DNA of 64,000 bases from a virus. The notes under the pieces were generated by a model. That model searched no databases. It was not told the DNA's origin and saw only the letters and a list, made by a program, of their open reading frames with translations. The stretch lies in the IMG/VR virus record IMGVR_UViG_3300021061_000001; one strand, written 5' to 3'. Of the stretch, positions 9,549-18,694 are shown one piece after another (position 1 is the first letter of the stretch; every line of letters begins with the position of its first letter). Both the position numbers and the translations under genes were made by a program.

Positions 9549-9860
9549 ATGTTCGCAGGCTTCGTACAACTCGGCTCGACCATCACCGGCGCGGTCTTGA
9601 CCAGGAACGCCAGCACTCAGGTGCCGACCGACGCGGCCAGCCCACCGACCTTCCGTATCTACGGCCCGTCGGGCCTGATGGCCAACGGCACCGGCACGGC
9701 CTCGCTCCTGGACTCGTCCAACACGGACGGGCTGTACTCCTGGTCCTACACGCCGGCCGGGGCCAACGGCTTCGCGGCCGGGGTGACTTACACGATCCTG
9801 TTCCAGTACACGGTGTCCGCAGTGGTGCAGGCCCAGATCGTGACCTTCACGGTGACCTAA
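9549..9860 (+). CDS. small beta-rich virion protein (103 aa), tandem paralog of 9861..10280
   Basis: Both proteins start MF.G.FQLG.T, followed by T.NAS..P.....P.... RIY. They are immediately adjacent. Confidence 0.65.
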   Translation: MFAGFVQLGSTITGAVLTRNASTQVPTDAASPPTFRIYGPSGLMANGTGTASLLDSSNTDGLYSWSYTPAGANGFAAGVTYTILFQYTVSAVVQAQIVTFTVT

Positions 9861-10280
9861 ATGTTCCTCGGTGATTTCCAACTTGGCCGCACGGTGATCC
9901 TGGACGTTCAGACGACGAACGCCTCGGGGACGCCGACCGTGCCGGACGATGCGCCGACGTGCCGCATCTATTCGGCGGCCGGGGCGCTCGTGCAGTCGAA
10001 GTTGATGCCGGTGGTGGAGCCGGAACAGGTGACGGGCCTGTTCGGCCTGCCTGTGTTCCTGGGCCTGGAGTTCGCCACGGGCTACTATCTGGTGCTCCTC
10101 CGCTGGGCGATCTCGGGGACGACTTACGCGGAAGCGCGCAGCTTCCGCATCGTGGCGGGCGGGGACGTGGAGGGGGCCGTGGTCGACATGCACTGGTTCC
10201 AGCGGCCACACGCGAACTATCTGGTCCATGTCCTGGAGTCGGGCTACGTGCGCAAGGGGCAGAATCCCAGCCTAACGTGA
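9861..10280 (+). CDS. small beta-rich virion protein (139 aa), tandem paralog of 9549..9860
   Basis: It starts directly after the upstream stop (TAAATG) and shares the N-terminal motif with the preceding ORF. Confidence 0.65.
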   Translation: MFLGDFQLGRTVILDVQTTNASGTPTVPDDAPTCRIYSAAGALVQSKLMPVVEPEQVTGLFGLPVFLGLEFATGYYLVLLRWAISGTTYAEARSFRIVAGGDVEGAVVDMHWFQRPHANYLVHVLESGYVRKGQNPSLT

Positions 10281-10405
10281 GGTGGAAGATGATCCAAGAG
10301 GCGACGGAACGCGAAAAGAGACTTTTGGTCAGGGGGCACTACGGCTGGCGGCACTGGTCCGCCCCGCGCAAGAGCGGCCTGCGCACTCTCCTGGGGGAGG
10401 GCGGC

Positions 10406-10810
10406 ATGGACAACCTCATCGTCACGACGGGGCTGAACCTGATCCTCAATAGCGGCCTGGGGACGCTCTACATGGGGCTCATCAACGCCAGCCCCACGCC
10501 GTCGATCGTGGCTGGCGACACGATGGCCTCGCACGCGGGCTGGGCCGAGACGCACACGACCTACAACGAGGCGACCCGGCCGCAGTGGTCCTATTCGGTG
10601 ACGAACGGGGTGGCGTCGGCGGCGAACGTCAACTTCAACTTCACCGGCACCGTCACCGTCCACGGTCTGTTCATGACCTCGAACAACACCAAGGGGGGCA
10701 CGACCGGCACACTCCTGTCGGCCGCCGCGTTCTCTCAGGGCAACCGCAGCTTCCAGAACGGGCAATTTCTCCAGGGCTCCTTCACCCTCACCCTCACACG
10801 AGTGCAATAA
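10406..10810 (+). CDS. virion-module protein (134 aa)
   Basis: ATG at 10406 has GGGAGG 6 nt upstream. An alternative ATG at 10289 would add an Arg/Lys-rich extension. Confidence 0.55.
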   Translation: MDNLIVTTGLNLILNSGLGTLYMGLINASPTPSIVAGDTMASHAGWAETHTTYNEATRPQWSYSVTNGVASAANVNFNFTGTVTVHGLFMTSNNTKGGTTGTLLSAAAFSQGNRSFQNGQFLQGSFTLTLTRVQ

Positions 10811-10812
10811 CG

Positions 10813-11307
10813 ATGGCCAGTGGTAACACGCTCTTGGTCCTGCTCCCGCAGCAGCACATACCGCCCAGCAGCAACTACGCCACGCTGGATCTGCGCAACC
10901 AGCACCCGGTCCTCGACTTCGATAAGGCCACGATCGAGTCGGCCCTGTTCGAGGACGTGATGCCCCGGGCCTACGCCGGGGGCGGCATCACCTGCCGGAT
11001 CTGCTTCTCGGCGACCACGGTCACGACGGGGGACGTGGTTTGGGGGATCTCCCTGGAGCGGCACCAGGACGAGACGGGGGATCTGGACTCGGACGACTTC
11101 GCCGCCGAGCGGACGGTGACGGCCACGGTACCGGGCACGTCGGGCATGGTGCAGTACGCCGAGATCGCCTTCACGGAAGGGGCGCAGATGGACTCGATCG
11201 CCCTGGGGGAGCACTTCCGGCTCAAGATCCGCCGCGTGGCAACCGACGCCGCCGACACCGCCGATAACGACGCGGAGTTGTGGTCCATTGAGGTGCGTGA
11301 GACGTAG
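10813..11307 (+). CDS. conserved 164-aa virion-module protein, paralog of 2728..3222
   Basis: It is collinear with the ORF at 2728 over its full length, with the same N- and C-terminal motifs. Confidence 0.75.
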   Translation: MASGNTLLVLLPQQHIPPSSNYATLDLRNQHPVLDFDKATIESALFEDVMPRAYAGGGITCRICFSATTVTTGDVVWGISLERHQDETGDLDSDDFAAERTVTATVPGTSGMVQYAEIAFTEGAQMDSIALGEHFRLKIRRVATDAADTADNDAELWSIEVRET

Positions 11308-11316
11308 GAGTTTCGG

Positions 11317-12174
11317 ATGGCCCGCAAGGGGAACGGATCATCGGCCAAGCTCGTCGGCCCCAGCCTCGGTTCGGGCCTGACCAGGCTCTCCATCCATCTG
11401 CGCTACCGCAACGACTCCGTTCCCGGCTCGGGGGACATCACGATCCCCGTCCACCTCTCCGACGCGGGCGGGGCCAATTACTCCACGATCTTCGCCTGGA
11501 ACCATTCGTCGGCCGGATCGCGGCAAGCCTGGACCATGGTGCAGGCCGACCACTCGACCCAGACCGTCGCGAAGTACGTGACCAGCCTCCAGGCCAATAC
11601 CTGGTATGACCTCGTCATGACCTGGGACGGCTCCAATCTCAAGGCGTACCTCAACGGCGCATTGGAGACGACCACGGCGGGGGCCGATCCCGACGGGGCG
11701 ATCACGGTCACGCCCAAGTTGCTGGTCTACGATGGGGCGCCCGATGCTTTCTGGGACGACGGCGAGGTCGCCGAGCTCGCGGTCTGGAGCGTGGCCCTGG
11801 ATGCGGCCGAGGCCAATGCACTCGGCAAGGGCTTCTCTCCCTACTTCATCCGCCCAGCTTCGCGGCTCCTCTACGCCCCGCTCATCCGCGAGACGAACAA
11901 CTGGCACGGCACGGCCCTGACCGACACCAGCACCACCGTCACGGACCACCCCGGCGTCATCTATCCGTTCGCGCGTGCGATGCCCCCGGGCCTGACCACC
12001 GTCCAGATGACCCAGACCGGCTCGGTGTCGGAATCGCTGACGGGCGACGACGCGGAGGAGTTCCGGGGGGAGTCGGCCACGGTGGCCGAGGCGTACCGGG
12101 TGAAGGGGATTGCACTGGCGCACACGCCGTATCTGGCCGTAGGGCGGCACCGGCCCAGCCCGCGAGGGAACTGA
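11317..12174 (+). CDS. LamG/concanavalin-like lectin-fold protein (285 aa)
   Basis: The motif WYDLVMTWDGSNLKAYLNG plus a later ElAvW segment is the pattern I associate with the Laminin_G_3 jelly-roll. GGAG RBS. Confidence 0.65.
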   Translation: MARKGNGSSAKLVGPSLGSGLTRLSIHLRYRNDSVPGSGDITIPVHLSDAGGANYSTIFAWNHSSAGSRQAWTMVQADHSTQTVAKYVTSLQANTWYDLVMTWDGSNLKAYLNGALETTTAGADPDGAITVTPKLLVYDGAPDAFWDDGEVAELAVWSVALDAAEANALGKGFSPYFIRPASRLLYAPLIRETNNWHGTALTDTSTTVTDHPGVIYPFARAMPPGLTTVQMTQTGSVSESLTGDDAEEFRGESATVAEAYRVKGIALAHTPYLAVGRHRPSPRGN

Positions 12175-12175
12175 C

Positions 12176-12397
12176 GTGGTGCCGCTCATCAAGGCTTTCG
12201 TCATCAAGCGGTTCAGCGGCTGGTATGTCTGCTTCGGAAGGCCAGACCTGGTGCTGGTGGATGCGGTAGGGCCGCTGGCGAAGAAGGCGGAAGCGAACAA
12301 GGCGCTACAGCGGATCAAGGCCGGGGCCACGACCATGAAGGTGATGCGCCGCATCGCCAAGGCGTACCAGCGAATGGTGGATCTGAGGGAGATATGA
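12176..12397 (+). CDS. small protein (73 aa)
   Basis: GTG start has GAGGGA 6 nt upstream. The stop overlaps the next ATG (ATGA). Confidence 0.5.
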   Translation: MVPLIKAFVIKRFSGWYVCFGRPDLVLVDAVGPLAKKAEANKALQRIKAGATTMKVMRRIAKAYQRMVDLREI

Positions 12398-14652
12398 CCG
12401 ACTTCGCCGAGACGGATCTGGGGCTCCTTTACCTGGCTGACGGCTTCTCGCCGGTCATGCGCTGGGACGGCATCACGCCCTCGATGGAACTGGCCGGGCT
12501 GGCCGCCCCAGCCACGGCCCCGGCCATCACCTCGCCGGGCAGCGGCAGCACGCTCGGGGTGTACTACGCCTACGTCCGCTACAAGGACCGATTCGGCTTC
12601 AAGTCGAACCTGTCGCCGATCTCGGCCGCGGCCATCGTGAAGGGGAACCTGACCGGCACCATCACGGGGGCGACCAACGCCGACCCCATCGTGATCTCGG
12701 CGGCCGGCCACAACCGGGCGACTGGGGACGAGGTGACGATCACCGGCGTGGGGGGCAACACGGCGGCCAACGGCACATGGACGATTACGGTCATCGACGC
12801 TAACTCTTTCTCTCTCGACGGTTCGCAGGGGAGCGGCGCGTACACCTCGGGAGGCTCATGGACGGCCAGCCCCATCATCACCTACACCGGCCTGGCCGTG
12901 CCGACCGATCCCAAGGTGACGCGGCGGCAGATCCTTCGCAACACCGACGGCCAGGCCGACGTGTTCTACGTGGACATCGACACCGACGACCTGACCTCCA
13001 CCACGCTGACCTCGACCCGCACCGACACGGAACTTGCCACGCAGGAGGCTCAAGCGATCCTCGACGATCTGGCCCTGCCGCTGGCCAATCGGCGGGACGT
13101 GCCGCCCAACCACAAGCCGTACCTGTTCCACCTCCTGTCGCGGCTGTTCTACCTGGGGTCGGTGGACTACAAGCGCGGACACGTCAAGGTGACGGTGGCT
13201 TCCACGACGGTGACCGGGGTCGGCACGGACTGGACCGAGGCCATGGAGGGCCGCTACCTGTACGTGACCGGGGCCAACGAATCGTACCTGATCTCGGCGG
13301 TGGACGAGACGGCGCAGACCCTCACCCTGTCCACGGCCTACCTGGGGCCCACGGACCTGTTCGCTCGCTACGCGATCCGGCCAGCACCGGCGGAGCGGCG
13401 GACGATGTACTGGTCCGAAGCTGGCGAACCGGAGGCGGTGAGCGTTTTCAATGCGTTGTCGATCCCGGAGAACTCCGACGAGATCACGGGCGGGTTCGTG
13501 CGCGGCTCGTTCGGTTACATCCTGGAGAAGCGGCACATCCACAAGCTGACGTTCCAGGACGATCCGGCGCGGGACGGGGGGCTGTTCCCGGCCGCCGACC
13601 GGGGCTGCATCAACAACCGCTGCTGGGTGCTGGTGGACTCGACGGCGTACATGCTGGACGAGGAGGGGGTTCATCGTTTCGGCGGCGGCGAAAGCGGGTC
13701 GGTATCGGACGCGATCCAGGACCTGTTCCGGCCGGGGGCGAACGTGCCCTATGCCATCAACTGGCAGGCGCAGGAGCAGTTCCATGCCGGGCACTGGCGG
13801 CAGCACTCGACGATACGCTGGTTCGTCTGCTTCGAGGGGGATTACCTGCCGCGGCACGCGCTCTGTTACAACTACCGCGCCGACAGGTGGTGGATCGAGC
13901 GCTACCCGTTCGCCATCGCCTCGGCGGCCAAGGGGGAGGTCAGGGGCGTGCCGTGTGTGTTCCTGGGCGGAGATGGGCGGCAGGTGTTCGTCTCCTGGGA
14001 GGGGCACCTGGATGTGGCGCAGTCATCCGCAGGAACGGTTCGTGGTACGGCGACATCGGCGGGCGTCCTGTCCCTGTCCGACTCGGGCGCTAGCTTCCCT
14101 GCGTCGTTCGTGGGAGCCCCCGTGGTCATCGTCGCGGGCAAGGGCAAGGGGCAGGAGCGGCGGATCGTGGACGTGAGCGCCACCACGCTCTACCTGGACC
14201 GTCCCTGGCTGGACCGGCCCGACACGACCTCGATCTACCAGGTGGGCGGCATCCAGTGGCAACTGCGGCTGTCGGACTTCCGCTTCGCCGTGGCGGAGGA
14301 GCACAAGGACCGCCGCGTGGAGCTGGTGTTCGAGCCGCAGTCCAGGGCGGCCCTGCTTGACATGCGATACTACTACGACTTCTCGGATACCCCCGTGACC
14401 CAGCGCGAGACAGTGCAGGGCGCGAAGCAGCGGGGCTTCTCTTCGACGGCGGGGCAGACTGATCTGGTGCTGGACCTGACGCGCGTGCGCGGCGTGGCCA
14501 GCCACTTGCTGCCCGACCACCGCGAAGACAGCAGCGAGGGGACGCGCTTCGTGCAACTGGAGTTGGGCGGGTGCTCCAACGGCGAGGAGCAGAAACTGCG
14601 GCAGGTGACCATGAACGGCGTCACCATGCCCGGGCAACTGGAGGCACCCTGA
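12394..14652 (+). CDS. large virion/tail protein (752 aa)
   Basis: Long ORF with balanced composition, coupled at both ends. I recognised no family motif. Confidence 0.8.
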   Translation: MTDFAETDLGLLYLADGFSPVMRWDGITPSMELAGLAAPATAPAITSPGSGSTLGVYYAYVRYKDRFGFKSNLSPISAAAIVKGNLTGTITGATNADPIVISAAGHNRATGDEVTITGVGGNTAANGTWTITVIDANSFSLDGSQGSGAYTSGGSWTASPIITYTGLAVPTDPKVTRRQILRNTDGQADVFYVDIDTDDLTSTTLTSTRTDTELATQEAQAILDDLALPLANRRDVPPNHKPYLFHLLSRLFYLGSVDYKRGHVKVTVASTTVTGVGTDWTEAMEGRYLYVTGANESYLISAVDETAQTLTLSTAYLGPTDLFARYAIRPAPAERRTMYWSEAGEPEAVSVFNALSIPENSDEITGGFVRGSFGYILEKRHIHKLTFQDDPARDGGLFPAADRGCINNRCWVLVDSTAYMLDEEGVHRFGGGESGSVSDAIQDLFRPGANVPYAINWQAQEQFHAGHWRQHSTIRWFVCFEGDYLPRHALCYNYRADRWWIERYPFAIASAAKGEVRGVPCVFLGGDGRQVFVSWEGHLDVAQSSAGTVRGTATSAGVLSLSDSGASFPASFVGAPVVIVAGKGKGQERRIVDVSATTLYLDRPWLDRPDTTSIYQVGGIQWQLRLSDFRFAVAEEHKDRRVELVFEPQSRAALLDMRYYYDFSDTPVTQRETVQGAKQRGFSSTAGQTDLVLDLTRVRGVASHLLPDHREDSSEGTRFVQLELGGCSNGEEQKLRQVTMNGVTMPGQLEAP

Positions 14653-15155
14653 TGGCTGGTCTATGGCAGGAACGGCAACGGCTCTTGCGCGAGGAGAAAT
14701 GGACGGCGAACGGGCTGGCCGAGGAACTGTACGCCATGATCTCGCCGGACGTGCCGGAAGATTTCCAGGCCCCGACCACGTTCCATCAAACGCCGGGCGG
14801 GGCACCGGCCATCACCATCACGGGGGCGGGGGAGGGGGATTCGGTATTCGACTTCAAGGGCCGCGACGGGGCAAAGGTCGGCGACATCAGGATCGTCAAC
14901 AACACGATCGAGATCGTGCAGCGCGACAAGGACACCGGGGCGGAGACGACCATTGCCGGGGCCAGCGTGGCCGGCGGCTTGCGCGGCACGGTGGTGTCAG
15001 GTTCGGGAAGCAGCTACGTGGTCAACACCAGCAGCGGCAACAAGAACGTGACCCAGCTCCAGATCGACAGCGGCGAAACGATCCCGGCCGGGACCAGCGT
15101 GGTCTTGTTCCGGGACGCCAGCGGCTACTTCATGCAGGTTCCCGTGTGGCTCTAA
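14652..15155 (+). CDS. virion protein (167 aa)
   Basis: ATG overlaps the upstream TGA. The track ORF 14571 extends upstream without an RBS. Confidence 0.65.
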   Translation: MAGLWQERQRLLREEKWTANGLAEELYAMISPDVPEDFQAPTTFHQTPGGAPAITITGAGEGDSVFDFKGRDGAKVGDIRIVNNTIEIVQRDKDTGAETTIAGASVAGGLRGTVVSGSGSSYVVNTSSGNKNVTQLQIDSGETIPAGTSVVLFRDASGYFMQVPVWL

Positions 15156-15901
15156 CACCTTTCTCGATCCCTGGCGAACAGTACAAGCTGCCCCTGGCCA
15201 GCCGGAAGTCGTCGTACACGCAGGTCTTTTTCCATGGTTCCTCGGTCAATCTCTATGCCGGTATGACCGGCAGCCAGAACTCCCTCACCGACAACTTCGC
15301 CAGGCAGGGCTACCTCGTGCGGCTGCCGCGCGTGGTGCGGTTTTTGTTCTCCTCCTCGGGTGGCACGCCAGCGACCGCGTTCACGAACCACTACAGCCCC
15401 CTCTGCTCAAGCCTCGGTATGGCCCTGGCATCGCATGGGATCTGCGTGGCGTGGGGTAAGGACGGCGGGGCAAGCCAGCGATGGCTCTCGCACGCCACGC
15501 CGGACAAGGACGCCAACTTCACGGCGGCGAACATGGTGGCGGGAGACATCTTCACCTACGTATTCGCCAGCTCGAACCTCGCTTACGGCAACGACCTCAT
15601 CGAGTACAACTCCCCGCTCAGCGCGGCGGCGACACAATACCAGTCGGACTACAACCGCTTCGTGGAGCGGCATCCGCGCTGCAAGAGTTTCGGCGGGCAC
15701 ATCTACCAGGTGCCGTTCGGCACGGACCTGGACGAGATCGCGCAGCGGGCGGTATCGGGGGCAGCGCCCATGGCCCAGTTCGGCCAGGGGCTCGACCAGT
15801 ACGGATGGACTTACACCGCCGTTGAATGGGACCTGCCCGCGAACTACGTCGGCTTGTCCGCGATCCAGGCGGAAGTTGAGAGTTTCTTCGGCATCGCGTA
15901 G
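15146..15901 (+). CDS. virion protein (about 251 aa)
   Basis: An in-frame GTG at 15146 overlaps the preceding gene by 10 nt. The start is uncertain. Confidence 0.55.
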   Translation: MALTPFSIPGEQYKLPLASRKSSYTQVFFHGSSVNLYAGMTGSQNSLTDNFARQGYLVRLPRVVRFLFSSSGGTPATAFTNHYSPLCSSLGMALASHGICVAWGKDGGASQRWLSHATPDKDANFTAANMVAGDIFTYVFASSNLAYGNDLIEYNSPLSAAATQYQSDYNRFVERHPRCKSFGGHIYQVPFGTDLDEIAQRAVSGAAPMAQFGQGLDQYGWTYTAVEWDLPANYVGLSAIQAEVESFFGIA

Positions 15902-15926
15902 AATCGGGGCAACAGGAGGATCTGCC

Positions 15927-16637
15927 ATGGCCATGCGACCCTTATCTTTCTTCTCGCGGGATCCGCTCAGCGGCTCGGCTGGTGGCGGGGGCGGGCTTCA
16001 GGCTCGCATGGAGTCGGACTTCGACCCCTTCGAGGCCGCTTCGCAGCGGAGCCTCCAGAACGAGCTGGCCGACAAGTCCGCTGCGGCCAGGCTCCGCGAA
16101 GCGCAGATCCAGGCCAACGCCGCCACGGCGGGGGTGCGAGCGCAGCAGAACAGGTTCAAGCAGATTTTTCCGCTCATCAAGAGCCAGCTTTCGGGCGCGT
16201 TCGGCGGCGGGCTTGGCGGCGGCGCGGCCACGGCGGGGGGCTCGTCCGGCTCTGGCCCGGCCATCAACGCCAACCCGATCTTTTCCGGCTCGCAGATCCA
16301 GCAACAGGTCAACGCCGCCACGGCGGCCAACGATCAGCGGGCGCAGACCCAGGCCCGCCTGGCCCGGGAACAGACTGCCGGCCACGGATTCGGCGCGCAG
16401 TCGCCTCTGGCGCGAGCGCTCGAGATGGGCGCGCAGAATCAGGCCATGGCGGCGAACACGGCCAACGAGCGCGAGATCCGGCTAGGGGCCACGGGGCGCA
16501 ATGCGGCGCACGTCCTGGATGCGCAGCGGGCGCAGGAGGAGCAGTACGCCAGCAGAATGCGGGAGGACATCGAGCGCCGCAAGCCGTACTTCCAGCAGCA
16601 GCAGAACATGCTCGCCGTGCTGGCTGGCTTGGTATAG
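15927..16637 (+). CDS. Gly/Gln/Ala-rich internal virion-type protein (236 aa)
   Basis: AGGAGGA RBS lies 6 nt upstream of ATG 15927. It is low-complexity with coiled-coil character and is followed by a terminator. Confidence 0.7.
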   Translation: MAMRPLSFFSRDPLSGSAGGGGGLQARMESDFDPFEAASQRSLQNELADKSAAARLREAQIQANAATAGVRAQQNRFKQIFPLIKSQLSGAFGGGLGGGAATAGGSSGSGPAINANPIFSGSQIQQQVNAATAANDQRAQTQARLAREQTAGHGFGAQSPLARALEMGAQNQAMAANTANEREIRLGATGRNAAHVLDAQRAQEEQYASRMREDIERRKPYFQQQQNMLAVLAGLV

Positions 16638-16716
16638 GATGAAACGGGTCATTGCTTGGAATTGGCGTCGCCTTAACGAATACCAAAACCAAGGCACTTG
16701 ACCTCGCCACATAGGA

Positions 16717-16757
16717 GATGCCGGGCGGTTACCCCAAGCCGCCCGGCATCTTTTTTG
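16717..16757 (+). terminator. intrinsic terminator
   Basis: A perfect 12-bp stem (GATGCCGGGCGG / CCGCCCGGCATC) with a 10-nt loop is followed by TTTTTTG. Confidence 0.75.
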
Positions 16758-16974
16758 CTTTAGCCGGAACAGGGGGCCTCATTCGGAGGATCCGGCCATG
16801 GCTGTCGAAATGCTCGTGATCGTGAGCATCGCCACCTGATTTGGGCTGCCGTTGCGCATGATCGTGCTCATGTGCGGGAACATGGTTGCGGATGAGGCCC
16901 TTTCTTCTCATCTCATGTCCGGGTAGAATGGCGGCACCACACTTCTTTTCCGGCCCCCGCCCGGAGCCGCGCCA

Positions 16975-18435
16975 ATGCCATTCACCAATCCACTCGGGGC
17001 CATGATCGGCTGGACCGAGCAAGACGAGGAAGAACTTCTGCGCCAGCGCCGCGAGGGACCGCTGGCCGGCCGCATGCCGGGCATCGTCGGCGGCGGCAGG
17101 CTGGGCGGCCTCGGAGCCGTGGCGCAAGCGGTTGGCGATGCCTCGCTGGGGGCGATGGAGGTAATGCCGCCACCGCCAAGCCCGGAGCGGCCTGCGGTCG
17201 AGTTGCCCGGCGCGAGGCCGCAATTGCCGATCACGCGCATCGTCGCCGACCTGCCCGACCAGAACCGGCCCAGGTCCGGTCCCACCAGTCCACCACCGCC
17301 TACGAGTCCTCCGACGCCGACCTCGCCGGCGCAGGCTGCGCCGGTACGGGCGCTGACCTTCGGCCCGCAGAGCACGTTGCCCAACGGGGTCGGGGTCCGC
17401 GATGTAGCCTTCGAGACGGCCGAGTTGGCTTTTGCTCGACAGCAGAATCCCACCCTCCCCATCGTCTCCTCGCCCTACTTCGATCCCAGCGTGGCCCCCA
17501 CCATCGTTGGCGGTCCCGGTAACTATGCCGTCATGCGCGGCGGCCAGGTGACGGCGGCACAGACACCGGCCGGCGGAGTGATGCCGAACCCGAACGACCC
17601 GGCCTTCTGGCAGGCGGTCAACGGCCAGATGCGCTTCAATGGTGACGCCTTCGGAGGGGCGATGCAGGGCTACCAGGCCGGGCTTCAGAATGCAGCGAAC
17701 CAGGCCAGACTGGATCTGGCGAGGCAGGAGGCGTTCGGCGGCATGGGGCTTGGCGGGCAATTCGTTCCGGGGCGGCTTCAGACCGATGCCTTGCAGGCGG
17801 CCAATGCGGGCAGGGCGGCGGAGATCCAGCACGGCCCCGATGCGGTCAACGAGCGGAACTTCAGCAGTTTCCTCCAGGCCACGCTTCAGCAGGGGGGCAC
17901 CATCCAGGATGCACGGCGGCGCTGGGCCGAGTCGGGGCTGGCCCTGCCACCGTCCCAGGGCGGATCGCCGCAGTCTCCAGCCTCGTTCGGCGCACCTACA
18001 GCGACAACGGGCGCAACAACTGTGGCGCCGACCGGCCCGCAGCGTGGCCCGACTCCGGTTCAGCAGTCCCCCGAAACGGTAATGGAACAGGTCTTGGCCG
18101 AGATGATGCGAGCGCAGACCCCGCTCCAGGGGGCGACGGGGCCGCGACCGCTGGGGCAGGGGGACGTAGCAAGCTTCATCCAGCGACTGCCGCCGGGATT
18201 TCTGGACCAGAACATCCAGCAGTTCATGCCGTTCATGATCCGCCGCTTCGGGCCGCAAGTCATGGACCAGTGGTTCACCGGGCGGTCCTGGCGTGGCAGT
18301 TCATCGCCGGACGCGGTAACTCGTCAGGCGGTCATGAACGCCGTCAACCGGGTCCGACCCGGCACCGTCGGCGGCAGCATCGCCAACCCGCAGTCGCCGT
18401 GGTGGACCCTGTACTTCGGCGGGCGGGAGCGGTGA
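16975..18435 (+). CDS. Pro/Gln/Gly-rich internal virion-type protein (486 aa)
   Basis: Long ORF downstream of the terminator. Its composition is typical of ejected or internal proteins. Confidence 0.7.
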   Translation: MPFTNPLGAMIGWTEQDEEELLRQRREGPLAGRMPGIVGGGRLGGLGAVAQAVGDASLGAMEVMPPPPSPERPAVELPGARPQLPITRIVADLPDQNRPRSGPTSPPPPTSPPTPTSPAQAAPVRALTFGPQSTLPNGVGVRDVAFETAELAFARQQNPTLPIVSSPYFDPSVAPTIVGGPGNYAVMRGGQVTAAQTPAGGVMPNPNDPAFWQAVNGQMRFNGDAFGGAMQGYQAGLQNAANQARLDLARQEAFGGMGLGGQFVPGRLQTDALQAANAGRAAEIQHGPDAVNERNFSSFLQATLQQGGTIQDARRRWAESGLALPPSQGGSPQSPASFGAPTATTGATTVAPTGPQRGPTPVQQSPETVMEQVLAEMMRAQTPLQGATGPRPLGQGDVASFIQRLPPGFLDQNIQQFMPFMIRRFGPQVMDQWFTGRSWRGSSSPDAVTRQAVMNAVNRVRPGTVGGSIANPQSPWWTLYFGGRER

Positions 18436-18633
18436 AACCACCATCCAGCCCGCCGCGGCCACCAGAATGACCACGGCAACCTGCACGAAGAGGACGGTCC
18501 AGTGCAGCGCCGATCCCGGACTGCCGATGAAGCGGTATTCGGTTCCCCACGGTTCGGACCAGGGCGGCACCAGGAGCATCACCGCCACGGCAGCGATCGC
18601 CGCCACGACAACCTTCTTGCGTTCCTCGTTCAT
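18301..18633 (-). CDS. small two-TM membrane protein on the opposite strand (110 aa as ORF)
   Basis: ATG at 18633 has GAGGAGAG 5-6 nt upstream. Two hydrophobic segments are present (VVVAAIAAVAVMLLV, VLFVQVAVVILVAAAGWMVV). The 3' tail overlaps the convergent gene and may be unstructured. Confidence 0.5.
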   Translation of the reverse strand: MNEERKKVVVAAIAAVAVMLLVPPWSEPWGTEYRFIGSPGSALHWTVLFVQVAVVILVAAAGWMVVSPLPPAEVQGPPRRLRVGDAAADGAGSDPVDGVHDRLTSYRVRR

Positions 18634-18694
18634 CGCATCTCTCCTCAAGTAGTGACCCCGCGCCAACCGTAGGTCACGACGGAGATCCGGTCAA

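Noticed and set aside
10289-10405. An upstream ATG at 10289 as the start of the 10406..10810 gene.
   Set aside because: The extension is Arg/Lys/Gly-rich and its RBS spacing is poor. ATG 10406 has a GGGAGG at the ideal distance. The longer form cannot be excluded.
16901-16929. A promoter upstream of 16975, based on a TAGAAT -10-like hexamer at 16924.
   Set aside because: No acceptable -35 element lies at 16-18 nt spacing, so the evidence is too weak to list as a feature.
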